From: an uncultured Acidobacteriota bacterium | GTDB taxonomy: Bacteria > Acidobacteriota > Vicinamibacteria > Vicinamibacterales > 2-12-FULL-66-21 | Assembly (NCBI GenBank): GCA_963785755.1 | Contig: CAWAXG010000002.1 | Coordinates: forward strand, 817,128 to 881,127 | Length of the DNA: 64,000 nt | Direction of reading: 5' to 3' | In this document: positions 27,681 to 37,800 of the stretch, piece by piece | How the letters are laid out: the number at the start of each line of letters is the position of its first letter | How positions within the stretch are numbered: position 1 is the stretch's first letter | Notes under the pieces: model-generated | What the model was told of the DNA's origin: nothing | Seen by the model: the letters and a program-made list of their open reading frames with translations, nothing else | Databases searched by the model: none | Translations under genes and position numbers: made by a program

Positions 27681-28445
27681 CTAGCCGCCGGCGCTCGAGG
27701 TCTTGGTCTCGCCGGTCGAGTCTTCGGGGCTCTCGACCGGCTTCGAAATACCGAAGCGGAGGATATCTTCGAGCGCACTCAGAATGTGCCGCTCCATGAG
27801 CGCCTGCGCCGCCTTGTCATCCCGCGCGGCGATGAGCTCGATCAGATCGCGGTGCTCTTCGATGGCGCGCGACGGCCGCCCGACGAGCCGGATCGTCTTG
27901 GCCATGAGCACCTGGCTCTGAAGCGTCAGCTGGCCCATCGCCGACGACAGATAGGCGTTCCTGGCGGACTCCATGACCGCGGCGTGCAAATCACGGTTGT
28001 AGATCCGGTACTCCTCCATGTCGCCGGTCTTCAGCGCGGCTTCGCCGAGACTCTGATGTTCCCGGAGCCACGCCAGCTCCTCGTCCGTGATGCGCTGGCA
28101 CGCGAGCTTGACGCTGAAGGATTCCAGGGCCGCGCGCATCTCGTACAGCTCGCGCACTTCCTGCTCGCTGAACTCACGCACGAACCAGCCGCGATACGGC
28201 AGCTTCACGATGAGCCCGTCGGTCTCCATCCGGTGGAGCGCCTCACGCACCGGCGTCGTGCTGATGTCGAGCTGTTCGGCGATGGTGTCCGGCCGCAGCT
28301 GGGCGCCGAACTCGATGCGGCCGCGAACGATGTCGTTCCACAGCGCGCGGTAGGCACGCGCGCCGAGCAGCGTCTCGGACAGCGGCTCGAGGTCCGGCTT
28401 CAGCCGCCGGGGAGGCCTACCACCTGAGGTAAATGGCTTTGGCAT
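27681..28445 (-). CDS. GntR-family transcriptional regulator (FCD/FadR-type C-terminal domain)
   Basis: 254 aa. wHTH ...IAEQLDISTTPVREALHRMETDGLI... followed by a helical effector domain. It is the last gene of the minus-strand block and overlaps the ALDH 3' end by 29 nt. Confidence 0.85.
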   Translation of the reverse strand: MPKPFTSGGRPPRRLKPDLEPLSETLLGARAYRALWNDIVRGRIEFGAQLRPDTIAEQLDISTTPVREALHRMETDGLIVKLPYRGWFVREFSEQEVRELYEMRAALESFSVKLACQRITDEELAWLREHQSLGEAALKTGDMEEYRIYNRDLHAAVMESARNAYLSSAMGQLTLQSQVLMAKTIRLVGRPSRAIEEHRDLIELIAARDDKAAQALMERHILSALEDILRFGISKPVESPEDSTGETKTSSAGG

Positions 28446-29883
28446 TGGTATAGAACTCTCTGGCGGTTGGCCCGATCGAGTACGCGCCCTGCCCGGAATC
28501 CTTGACGCCGCCGAACGGCACGTGCGCCTGGCTGGCCGTCCCGTGGTTGACGTGGATCATGCCGGCCAGCACGCGGCTCGTGAATGCATGGATGGCGCCC
28601 AGATTCGCCGTGAACACCGACGCGGCGAGGCCGTACCGCGTGCTGTTCGCGATCGCGATCGCTTCGTCGAGATCCTGGACCCTCAGCACCGGCAGGACGG
28701 GGCCGAAGACTTCCTCTGTCGCGAGCGGAGAGTCGTGCGGGACGCGATCGAACACGGTCGGAGCATAGTAATAGCCCTGCCGCTCCGGGTGCTCGACGAT
28801 CGGCCTGCCGCCGGTCAGCAGGGCGCATCCGGAGCGCACCCCGTCTTGAACGTAGCGATCGACGCTCCGCAGCTGCCCTTCGCTCACCAGCGGCCCCATC
28901 GTCGTCGCGGGATCGAGGCCGTCGCCGACCTTGATCCGGCTCACGTGGGCGAGGATTCGCTCCACGAGCGCGTTCGCCTGTCGTTCCACGACCACGACAC
29001 GGCTGATGGCGGTGCAGCGCTGGCCGCTGCACAGGAAGGCGGCAGCGACGATCTCGCGCGCGGCGCCGTCGAGATCCTCACACTCGAGCACGGCTGCCGG
29101 GTTTTTTCCTCCCAGCTCCAGTTGCACTCGCGAAAGCCGCCGCGCCGCTTCTTCGTAGATCTGCCTGCCGACATCCGTCGATCCCGTGAACGTGATCCCT
29201 GACACCCTCGGGTCACGAATCAGCGCATTGCCGACGACGGATCCGCGGCCGGTCACCAGATTGACGACGCCTGGCGGCAAGCCGGCCTTGATCAGCAGTT
29301 CCATCAGAAACACCGCGGACCACGGCGTCAGAGATGATGGCTTGAAGACCACGGTATTTCCGAAGGCGAGCGCCGGTGCGATCTTGCGCACCGGCGTCAC
29401 GACCGGAAAATTCCACGGACAGATCGCGGCCACGACGCCGAGCGGCTCCGCGATCGTGTGGCAGGACACGCCCGGCCGCTCGCTCGGAAACGTCTGGCCA
29501 CCCGCGCGGCTCGCTTCGCCCGCCATGAAGCGGGCTTCGGCGGCGGCCCGTCCCACCTCACCGGTCGCTTCAGCGAGCGCCTTGCCCTGTTCGAGCGTGA
29601 TGATGCGCCCGAGCTCGTTCTTGGCATCGTCGAGGAGCTGCGCCAACCGGAAGAGGACTGCCCCACGTTGCGGACCCGGCGTGTCTCCCCACGACCGGGC
29701 AGCGCCCGACGCGCTGTCAACGGCAGCCGCTGCATCCGCTTCCGTCGAATCGGCGAACTCACCGAGACTCTCGCCGGGCCGCGCGGGGTTTCGAATCGCA
29801 TAGCTGGCGCCGCCGGACGACGGGGTCCAGCTGCCTCGAATGAAGTTCACGTGCCGGACGGCCGCAGGCTGGTCGGCGCGCAC
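28417..29883 (-). CDS. NAD(P)-dependent aldehyde dehydrogenase
   Basis: 488 aa. Catalytic motifs ELGGKNP and FLCSGQRCTA. GTG start shares 1 nt with the upstream stop. Confidence 0.9.
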   Translation of the reverse strand: MRADQPAAVRHVNFIRGSWTPSSGGASYAIRNPARPGESLGEFADSTEADAAAAVDSASGAARSWGDTPGPQRGAVLFRLAQLLDDAKNELGRIITLEQGKALAEATGEVGRAAAEARFMAGEASRAGGQTFPSERPGVSCHTIAEPLGVVAAICPWNFPVVTPVRKIAPALAFGNTVVFKPSSLTPWSAVFLMELLIKAGLPPGVVNLVTGRGSVVGNALIRDPRVSGITFTGSTDVGRQIYEEAARRLSRVQLELGGKNPAAVLECEDLDGAAREIVAAAFLCSGQRCTAISRVVVVERQANALVERILAHVSRIKVGDGLDPATTMGPLVSEGQLRSVDRYVQDGVRSGCALLTGGRPIVEHPERQGYYYAPTVFDRVPHDSPLATEEVFGPVLPVLRVQDLDEAIAIANSTRYGLAASVFTANLGAIHAFTSRVLAGMIHVNHGTASQAHVPFGGVKDSGQGAYSIGPTAREFYTNAKAIYLRW

Positions 29884-31055
29884 TACAAGGCCCTCCTGAG
29901 AATCCCGGCGAGCTGCTCCGGACTCGTCTCACGCGGGTTCACCACGACGTTGCCGCTCTTCATCGCCTCGTCGACGACTCTCCCGACGTGATCCTCGCGC
30001 AGGCCGAACCCGGCGAGGCCTTTCGGAATGCCGATGGCATCAGCGAGACCGCTGACTGCCCACGCCGCGCGGCTCGCCGCGTCGAGCCGGGCGCAGCCGT
30101 CCACGAACTCGCCGAGCGCGCGGGCCACGTCGATGAAGCGTTCGGGCGCGGCGGAGGCATTGAACTGCATCACCAGCGGCAGCGTCACGGCAATCGCGAC
30201 GCTGTGAGGAATCTTGAGATCCCAGCTGCCGAGCGGCATGGCCAGGGCGTGGGCCAGGCCGAGCCGCGTCGGATTCATCGCCATGCCGGCCATCGTGCTT
30301 GCGAGCATCATCGCGTAGCGCGCCTCGCGGTCGGTCGGCTCCGTCACTGCACGGCGCAGGTGCCTGCCGATGAGCGAGATGGCCTTCAACGCCAGCGCCG
30401 CGGAGATCGGCTGACAGGCCTTGTTGGTGTAGCACTCAATCGCGTGCGCGAGCGCGTCCATCCCGGTCGATGCCGTCAACGCAGGAGGCAGCTTTTCGGT
30501 GAGCTCCGGATCGCACAGCGCCACCGCCGGATACATCGGCACGCCGCCGATCGCGACCTTCAGCCTCCGCTCGTCGTCGGTGAAGACCGACCAGAGCGTC
30601 ACCTCGCTGCCGGTCCCGGCGGTCGTCGGAATCGCCACGGTCGGAAGCGGCTTGTTCCTGATCTTGTGCAGGCCGACGTAGTCGAGCGGCGACCCGGGAC
30701 TCGTCGCCAGCGCGGCGACGGCCTTCGCGGTGTCCAGCGCGCTTCCGCCGCCGACGCCGACAACGACGTCCCCGGAAGCGGATTTGAGCCGGTCCACGGC
30801 CTCGCAGATCAGCCTCGAGCCCGAGTCGGCCGTGACCTGGTCGTAGATCTCGAATTCGATCGCGTCCCGCTCGAGGACCTCGGTCACCTTGCCGACAATC
30901 CCTGAACATCGGACGCCGGGATCGGTCACGACGAACGCCTTGCCGCCGCCGAGCGCTCGCACGTGGCTGCCGAGCGAGCCCGCCGCTCCGAACCCGAAGT
31001 GCACGTCGGTCGGGATGGGGAGAAAATTGAAGGTCTGGCTGGCGTCGGCGTTCAT
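29883..31055 (-). CDS. iron-containing (group III) alcohol dehydrogenase
   Basis: 390 aa. GGGSALDTAKAVA plus His-rich metal-site regions (LAHAIECYT, LAHALAMPLG). ATGA overlap with the upstream gene. Confidence 0.9.
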   Translation of the reverse strand: MNADASQTFNFLPIPTDVHFGFGAAGSLGSHVRALGGGKAFVVTDPGVRCSGIVGKVTEVLERDAIEFEIYDQVTADSGSRLICEAVDRLKSASGDVVVGVGGGSALDTAKAVAALATSPGSPLDYVGLHKIRNKPLPTVAIPTTAGTGSEVTLWSVFTDDERRLKVAIGGVPMYPAVALCDPELTEKLPPALTASTGMDALAHAIECYTNKACQPISAALALKAISLIGRHLRRAVTEPTDREARYAMMLASTMAGMAMNPTRLGLAHALAMPLGSWDLKIPHSVAIAVTLPLVMQFNASAAPERFIDVARALGEFVDGCARLDAASRAAWAVSGLADAIGIPKGLAGFGLREDHVGRVVDEAMKSGNVVVNPRETSPEQLAGILRRAL

Positions 31056-32170
31056 GATCGAGCGGACGCGGCGGCGGACTCGCCGGCCACGAAGGCGGGA
31101 AACGGCACGTCCAGCGAATCGCCGCAGGCAGTCAGCTGCGAGACGATCGCGGCCGGCAGCGGGATACCGTGCTCGCGAAGCCGGGACTCGTGCGCCAGTT
31201 CGATTTCACCCGGCACCAGCACACGGTCGATTCCCGGACCCGGCGGCGATGCCTTGAGCATCGCCAGAATCTCGTCCATCCGCTGTCTGAATTCGCCGTC
31301 GCTGACGAAAAGATCGGTTCGGACCGCGGCCAGGACGTGTCCGACGTTCTGCACGGTCGTCAGATCCTCGAGCGTGTTCAGGTGCGACGCGAACGCCGCG
31401 CCGGTCAGCACGCCGCACAGGATATCGATGATGAACGAAATCGCGGAGCCCTTCGGTCCGCCGAACGGCAGCACCGCCCCCGCGAGCGCGAGGTTCGCGT
31501 CGGTCGTCGGATGACCCTCGGGATCCACGGCCCATCCCGCCGGAATCGATTGCCCGGTATGGGCGGCGACGATGATCTTTCCGCGCGCGACGACGCTGGT
31601 CGACGCATCGAAAATCAGCGGTCGTTCGCGCCCCGCGGGGATGCCGATGGCGACCGGATTGGTGCCGAGGAATCTGATCTTGCCTCCGTGCGGCGCCATG
31701 TTCGGCGGCGCGTTCGAGATCGCCACGCCGATGTGCCCGGCCTCAATCGCCTTCTCGACGTAGTAGGCCGCGGGCCCGAAATGATTGCTGTGCCTGACGC
31801 CCGCGAAGCCGATCCCATCCGACGCCGCGAGATCGAGCGCAGCTTCCATCGCCCGCGCGCCCACGACGGGACCGAGACCGTTGCCACCGTCGACCAGGAC
31901 GGTCGCGCTCGACGTCTTCGTGATCCGGATCTCCGGCTGCGCATTCACGACGCCGGCCTTGATCCGCTGCGCGTACACCGGCAGGCGAACCATCCCGTGC
32001 GAATCGACGCCGCGCAGCTCCGCCTTGACCAGACACGCGGCGGTTTCGCGCGCGTGGTCCGCCGGGACGCCGAGCCGCTCCAGCACGCGACAGCCGAACG
32101 TCAACAGATCGCCGTGATGGTAGCGGTGTGCAGGCATGGCCTGGGGAGCGGTGGTCCGGGCACCTGGCAA
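31052..32170 (-). CDS. Ldh_2 family (malate/L-lactate dehydrogenase type 2) oxidoreductase
   Basis: 372 aa; ...AELRGVDSHGMVRLPVYAQRIKAG... and the overall pattern of the Ldh_2 family. Confidence 0.85.
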   Translation of the reverse strand: MPGARTTAPQAMPAHRYHHGDLLTFGCRVLERLGVPADHARETAACLVKAELRGVDSHGMVRLPVYAQRIKAGVVNAQPEIRITKTSSATVLVDGGNGLGPVVGARAMEAALDLAASDGIGFAGVRHSNHFGPAAYYVEKAIEAGHIGVAISNAPPNMAPHGGKIRFLGTNPVAIGIPAGRERPLIFDASTSVVARGKIIVAAHTGQSIPAGWAVDPEGHPTTDANLALAGAVLPFGGPKGSAISFIIDILCGVLTGAAFASHLNTLEDLTTVQNVGHVLAAVRTDLFVSDGEFRQRMDEILAMLKASPPGPGIDRVLVPGEIELAHESRLREHGIPLPAAIVSQLTACGDSLDVPFPAFVAGESAAASARS

Positions 32171-32171
32171 G

Positions 32172-32813
32172 CTACGGCTTCCGCGGATCGCTCAGACCGA
32201 GCAGCTCCATCGTCGTCCGGCCCTCGCGAAGCTTGCCGATGATCTCCGATTCTTTCTTCTGGCGGGTGATCGCCGCCGCGTAGACTTCGTCGATCCGGTC
32301 CTGTTCGATGATGACGATGCCGTCCGAGTTGCCGAACACGAGATCCCCGGACCGGACGGTGACGGCGCCGAACTGAACCGGCGCCTGCAGCGTGCCCGCC
32401 TTCTCTTTCGTACAGGCGCCGATGGCGAGGCCGCGGCTGAAGACGGGGAACCGCAACGCCTCGATCGCGTCGATGTCGCGAACCGCGCCGTCGATGATGA
32501 GACCGGCGACACCTCGCGCCCGGGCCGCCTCGGTCAGGATTTCACCCCAGGCGCCGGCCATGAGATAGCCGCCGACCGTCGCCACGATCACGACCCCGGG
32601 CTGGGCGTGGGCGACGGCCACGTGCAGCATCAGGTTGTCGGACGGTGGACACTCGACCGTGAGCGCGGGACCGCAGACCTTGGCGCCTGGCCAGGCTGGA
32701 CGGATCGCCGGATCGACCATGCCCGTCCGGCCGGCGGCTTCGTACAGCGTCGCCGGATCGAAGTCGGCGAACCGGTCGGCGGGATCGCTTGCCCTGGCAA
32801 TGCTCGGTTTCAT
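32172..32813 (-). CDS. RraA-family protein (HMG/CHA-aldolase / oxaloacetate-decarboxylase type)
   Basis: 213 aa; ...GAWGEILTEAARARGVAGLIIDGAVRD...FPVFSRG... Confidence 0.85.
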   Translation of the reverse strand: MKPSIARASDPADRFADFDPATLYEAAGRTGMVDPAIRPAWPGAKVCGPALTVECPPSDNLMLHVAVAHAQPGVVIVATVGGYLMAGAWGEILTEAARARGVAGLIIDGAVRDIDAIEALRFPVFSRGLAIGACTKEKAGTLQAPVQFGAVTVRSGDLVFGNSDGIVIIEQDRIDEVYAAAITRQKKESEIIGKLREGRTTMELLGLSDPRKP

Positions 32814-32937
32814 TTCTCTCCGGGGGACTTCGTCCCCCGGACCCCCTTACACGCTCGCTCGCAGGGGCCCCTTACGCCCCGCTCCGCTCGCGTGGCTTCG
32901 TTCGCTCCGCTCTCTCGCACTCTCCACCTGCTCGGTT
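32814..32937 (-). repeat. Type III intercistronic element, copy 1
   Basis: Fills the entire spacer between stop 32938 and start 32813. Perfect hairpin CCGGGGGAC-TTC-GTCCCCCGG at 32820-32840, then CCCCTTACACGCTCGCTCGCAGGGGCCCCTTACGCCCCGCTCCGCTCGCGTGGCTTCGTTCGCTCCGCTC... It aligns with 33847-33960. Confidence 0.75.
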
Positions 32938-33846
32938 TCATTCGGGACCTACCGCTGTTCTTCCGCCCAGACGCACGCCTGCCAGATCCGCCACATACTG
33001 TGCCGCCGCGGAAAAATCGGCGTCCCCCTTCCCCGCGGCGCTTGCCGCCGAAAAGAGCTGGCCGACGGCGGACGTGACGAGCAGCGGAACGTTCATCGCC
33101 CGGCCCGAGTCCACCGCAAGATTGACGTCCTTCTTCATCAGGTCGAGCCGGAATCCGGGCCGGAAGGTTCCCTCGAGCAGAAACCCCGGCAACCGCAAGT
33201 CCATCATCTTCGAATAACCGGACGACGACTTGATTACGTCGTACATCGTCTTCGGATCGGCGCCGCAACGCACGCCAAGCGCAAACGCCTCGCCGATCAT
33301 CAGCACATGGGCGGCCGCCATCATCTGATTGACCATCTTGACGACCTTGCCCTGTCCGACCGGCCCGACATGGATGATCTGCGTGCCCATCGTTTCGAGC
33401 AAGGGCCGGCACTTGTCCAGGAGGGCGGCCTCGCCGCCAACCATGATGGTCAGCGTACCCTGCGCGGCAGCCGGCGTCCCGCCGCTGACCGGCGCGTCGA
33501 GCACCTCGACGCCAGCGGCCGCGGCCGCGCGCGCCACTTCCTCCATGCACATCGCCGTCGCCGTCGTCATGTCGATGAGCACTTTGCCCGGCGACAGCCC
33601 CTGAAGGACGCCGTGCTCTCCCAACACGGTTTCCCGCAGCTCCCGGTCGGCTGGCACGATGGTGATCACGACGTCGGCTGCCTGCGCGACGTCGGCCGGC
33701 TTCGGCAGTACCTTCGCGCCGAGGCTCGCGAGCTCATCGGCCGGCGCGCGACGGGTGTGAAACGTGGTGAACGTCTCGTGCCCGCCGCCGATGACACGCT
33801 TCGCCATCGGCAGCCCCATCGCGCCGGCCGATGAACCCGATTTCAC
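32938..33846 (-). CDS. 3-hydroxyisobutyrate / tartronate-semialdehyde reductase family NAD(P) oxidoreductase
   Basis: 302 aa. DAPVSGGTPAAAQGTLTIMVGG and VGQGKVVKMVNQM. The expected Rossmann IGFIG is readable only in a neighbouring frame at ~33825-33840, so the 5' end may carry compensating indels. Confidence 0.75.
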   Translation of the reverse strand: MKSGSSAGAMGLPMAKRVIGGGHETFTTFHTRRAPADELASLGAKVLPKPADVAQAADVVITIVPADRELRETVLGEHGVLQGLSPGKVLIDMTTATAMCMEEVARAAAAAGVEVLDAPVSGGTPAAAQGTLTIMVGGEAALLDKCRPLLETMGTQIIHVGPVGQGKVVKMVNQMMAAAHVLMIGEAFALGVRCGADPKTMYDVIKSSSGYSKMMDLRLPGFLLEGTFRPGFRLDLMKKDVNLAVDSGRAMNVPLLVTSAVGQLFSAASAAGKGDADFSAAAQYVADLAGVRLGGRTAVGPE

Positions 33847-33960
33847 TTCCGGGGACTCGACCCCCGACTCTCACGCCTCTCGCGGGGGCCCTCTCGCCCC
33901 GTCCTTCGCGTGGCTCGGTCGCTGCGCTCGCTCGCAGCCCGCGGTTCCATTCCAGGCTCT
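33847..33960 (-). repeat. Type III intercistronic element, copy 2
   Basis: CCGGGGACTCGACCCCCGACTCTCACGCCTCTCGCGGGGGCCCTCTCGCCCCGTCCTTCGCGTGGCTCGGTCGCTGCGCTCGCTCGCAGC. Colinear with copy 1; overlaps the last ~30 codons of ORF 33871..34827. Confidence 0.7.
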
Positions 33961-34809
33961 CAGTTCCCGCCGCGGGCTTCTTGGCCCAGGATTCTGCCCG
34001 GTCTCCTTGATGTATCGCTCACGCGTGATGTTATCGAGGAATGGCAGGGACGCCTTGGCGACCTCCTCGGCCCGCTCACGCGGCACGACGACGACGCCGT
34101 CGCCATCGGCCACGACGACATCGCCGGGACGCACGAGCACGCCGCCGATCGTGACCGGACGGTTGACCGACTCGAGCTCGTTCCGGCCCGGGCGGAAGCC
34201 GCGGGCGTAGCGGCGGAACCACACCGGCACCTTGTGATAGATGATTTCGTCGGTGTCGGCGAGCCCGCCGCTCGTGACCAGGCCCACCATCCCGAGTTTC
34301 TTCCAGCTCAGGATGTTCGACGACCCGATGCTCCGGCTCTCACCGTCCTCCATCGCATCGATCACCAGGACCGATCCGGGCTGCAGCACCTTCATGAACG
34401 CTTCGGTCGTGATCGTGCCGTACCAGCGGCTGACGGTCTTGCTGTCCATCTGGGGCTCGCGGCGATTCGACGGCACGTAGCGCGCCGTCACCGCGATGCC
34501 CACCGTGCGGTGCGTGAACTTCTCGGTGTCCTTCCACAGCGCGCGAATCTGCTCGTCGACGATCCCGATGTCCTGAAGGCCCACGACATCCATCCCGTCG
34601 GAGACGTCGGCGACGCGAAGCCACTTGTACATCTCGAGAATGCGCTTGTTATCCTCCGCCGAGTAGTCCTTGTATGGAATGAACAGCCTCACCTTGTCGG
34701 GGATCGCGGTTTCCGCCGGCTGCTGTGCCATGGCGGAGGCGGCCGCGAGGCCCGACATGATCAGGACGGCTGTGGCCGACAACACTCGAGCCCTGGTTCG
34801 CGCAAACAT
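33871..34809 (-). CDS. RraA-like protein with N-terminal signal peptide (predicted exported)
   Basis: ORF 33871..34827. ATG 34809 gives MFARTRARVLSATAVLIMSGLAAASAMAQQ. RraA-like core ...LGMVGLVTSGGLADTDE... and ...VRPGDVVVADGDGVVVVPRERAEEV. The C-terminal tail is encoded by the Type III repeat. Confidence 0.7.
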   Translation of the reverse strand: MFARTRARVLSATAVLIMSGLAAASAMAQQPAETAIPDKVRLFIPYKDYSAEDNKRILEMYKWLRVADVSDGMDVVGLQDIGIVDEQIRALWKDTEKFTHRTVGIAVTARYVPSNRREPQMDSKTVSRWYGTITTEAFMKVLQPGSVLVIDAMEDGESRSIGSSNILSWKKLGMVGLVTSGGLADTDEIIYHKVPVWFRRYARGFRPGRNELESVNRPVTIGGVLVRPGDVVVADGDGVVVVPRERAEEVAKASLPFLDNITRERYIKETGQNPGPRSPRRELRAWNGTAGCERAQRPSHAKDGARGPPREA

Positions 34810-34840
34810 AAGCGTCTCTGCCTCCACAGGTGAGAAGGAA

Positions 34841-37800
34841 TCACCAAATCAGCTTCGCCGCCAGCTGAATGACCCTGCCGGCGCCGGCGCCGGTGATGCG
34901 TCCGAACGTCGTCGACGAGACCGTGGTATTCGGATTGCCGAAGTTTACCTGGTTGAACGCGTTGAAGAACTCGCCCCGCACCTGCACGCGCACGTCGGAC
35001 CAGAGGCCGACATAACGCATGATCGCGAAGTCGGTGTTCACGTCGCCGGGACCGTAGATGAGACCGCGCTCGGCGTCGCCGTAGATGCCGCGCGGCACGC
35101 TGTTCACCGGCACGAACGCCGCGGTGTTGAAGTACGCGGCGATCATGTCCGAGCGGTTCGAATGATCGCGCCTTACGTCGTCGGCGGTCATTCCCGGCAC
35201 CAGCAACGCGTACTGACCGTTCGGCTGCAGGATGCCGTTCTGGGCCACGTCGGTCCCCATCGTGAAGACGAGCGGGCTGCCGGACTGGATGCGGTGCAGG
35301 CCGGTGAGCGTCCAGCCATTCAGCACGGCGGCAACGAACCGGTTGCCGAACGCGTGCTGCGGGCTCCAGACCCAGGACGCTGCCACGACGTGACGCCGAT
35401 CGAGGAACGACGGGCCCCACAGCGAATCGAGGTCGAAGGGATTCGGAATGCTGCTGATCAGGCCGGTGGTGTTCTCCGGCTGATTGGTCAGGTTCTTCGA
35501 CAGCGAGTAGGAAGCCGAGAACGAGAACGTCCGGGCCATGCGGCGGTCGACCCTCAGCTGCAGGGCGTGGTACTCGCTGCGGAAGAAGTTCCCGAGCACG
35601 CGTGACTGCGCGCTGATGATGCCGGGGCTGAAGGGCACGCGCTGTTCCACGTTCTGCAGGGTCGGCGGCTGGCCGGTGATCGGCGAGTTGATGAACGGCG
35701 CCGCGTTGAAGTAGTTGTGCCCCACGAGGTCGTCCCCGAGCTTGCCGACGTAGCCTGCCTCCACCACGAGATAGGAGCCGACCTGGCGCTGGAGCGACGC
35801 GCTGAAGTGCTGCGTGTAACTCGTGCGCAGATTCTGATCGGTGTAGACAATGCGAATCGGCACCGGGTACTGCGTGCAGCGGAGACCGGGATACTCCGAG
35901 ATCGGCGAGCAGCCGAACTGTCCGGGAGACTCGGGCGGCGGCTCGGTCTGGCCGAGCGAACCGAACGGATCCTCGATCCGGCCTTGACGCAGCTGCGTCG
36001 TCCCGCGCCAGGGGGCCTCGGCCGCATGCGTCGTCTCGCCGTTGATCTGCTGATAGAAGATGCCGTAGCCGCCGCGGATGACCGTCTTCGCGTCGCCATT
36101 GACGTCCCAGGCCGCTCCCAGCCGCGGCGCGAAGTTGTTCAGATCGCTGTTCGTGAGCCTCTTGCGGCAATCCGGGATCGCCGGGGAAGAGAATGCCTGT
36201 CGGCGCATCAGGCACCACGGTCGACTGCACGCCTGGCACCCACGTCGTGTGGCGGCCGCCCTTCTGGTCGAAGGGCACGAACGGTTCGTAGCGAAGCCCG
36301 TAGTTCACCGTCAGCCGTGGGTGCATCCTGTACGAGTCTTCGATGAACGCCTGATGCTTGACCGTGCTCGGGCTGTGATCGGCGATCCCGAACTCAATCG
36401 TCGAATTCTCGAACGCCCCGATCATGAAGTCCGCGGTCGGGTTGCCGGTGCGCGTGCCCTGGAAGTTCGCCGACCGGGTCAGCGCCAGGTTGAACTCGAA
36501 AACGGGGCGGATGAACTCGTATCCCCACTTCAACGTGTGGTTGCCGGCGTTGAACGTCATCGTGTCCTTGAACTGCCAGCTCGTGTAGTCCTGGGTGTTG
36601 ATTCCCGGATAGGCCAGATTGATCGAGCCGGAGACCGAGTAGGTCATGCCACGCCCGTCGTTGCCCACGTCGACGTTGACGCCCTGATCCCTCGGAGCGA
36701 TGTGCGTCACCGCGCCACCGCCGGACCGTGACGTCAGGTAGGAGAACGTGGCCTCGTTGAGCAGCCGCGGGCTGAAGATGTGCGCGTCGCTGATCCCGAA
36801 CTGGTTGACGTCGCTGAACACCGACTGCTGCAGGTAGTTCACGTTGCCCGGCCATGACGAGCTGTCGCTCCGGTCGGCGAAGAAATGCGCGTTCAGCTGA
36901 TTCCGTCCCGAGATGTGGTAGTCACCTCGAGCCATGTACACGGAGTGATCGCGCGGCGAGGGGGACAACGTGACCACCGTTCCGGTCGCCGACACCGGCA
37001 CGTGGGTTTGAAGCAGGCCCGTGGCGACGGGACTGATGCATCCCGGCTTGATGATGTTTCCCTCAATGCAGGGAGCGCCGGTGCTGTCGGTGAATGGCGC
37101 GTTAGTGATCGGATTGACCGGATTTCGCAGCGCCGTGCTGAGGCCGGTGAAATTCCCCGCGCGCTGCGCCGGCGTCGGCACGACCGTCTGGCTCGATCCC
37201 GCCTCGCCGCGATCCCACAAACGCTGGTACGAGCCGAACCAGAACAGCTTGTTGCGGATGATGGCGCCGCCGGCGCTCGCGCCCGCCTGATTCTGCTCCT
37301 GTTCGGGCTTGCGCGTCTGGAAGAAGCTTCGCGCGTTCAGCTCGGAGTTGCGATGGAACTCCCACGCCGTGCCACGGAACGTGTTCGTGCCCGCCTTGGA
37401 GACGATGCTCACCTGGCTGCCGGCGGTGTGGCCGTACTCGGCGGTGAAGTTGTGGGTTTGAATCCGGACTTCCTGAATGGCGTCAGGCGGCGGGGGATTG
37501 AAACCCGTCGTCTGATTGAAGTGCGTGAACACCGAGCCGTTCAGCGTGAAGAGATTGTGGTTCGTGTTTCCGCCGTTGACCGACATGATCGGGCCCTGAC
37601 GGCCATCGGAAGTGTCCTGGTTCGCGCGGATCGAGGTAACACCCGCATAGGTGCCGGCCAGGGCGACCACATTGCGGCCGTTCATCGGCAGGTCCTGGAC
37701 GCGCTGATCGTCAATCAGATTCGACTGCGTCGCGTTGCGCGTCTCGACGATGCTGGTGCGGCCGGAGACGATGACTTCTTCGGCGAGGCCACCGACGCGG

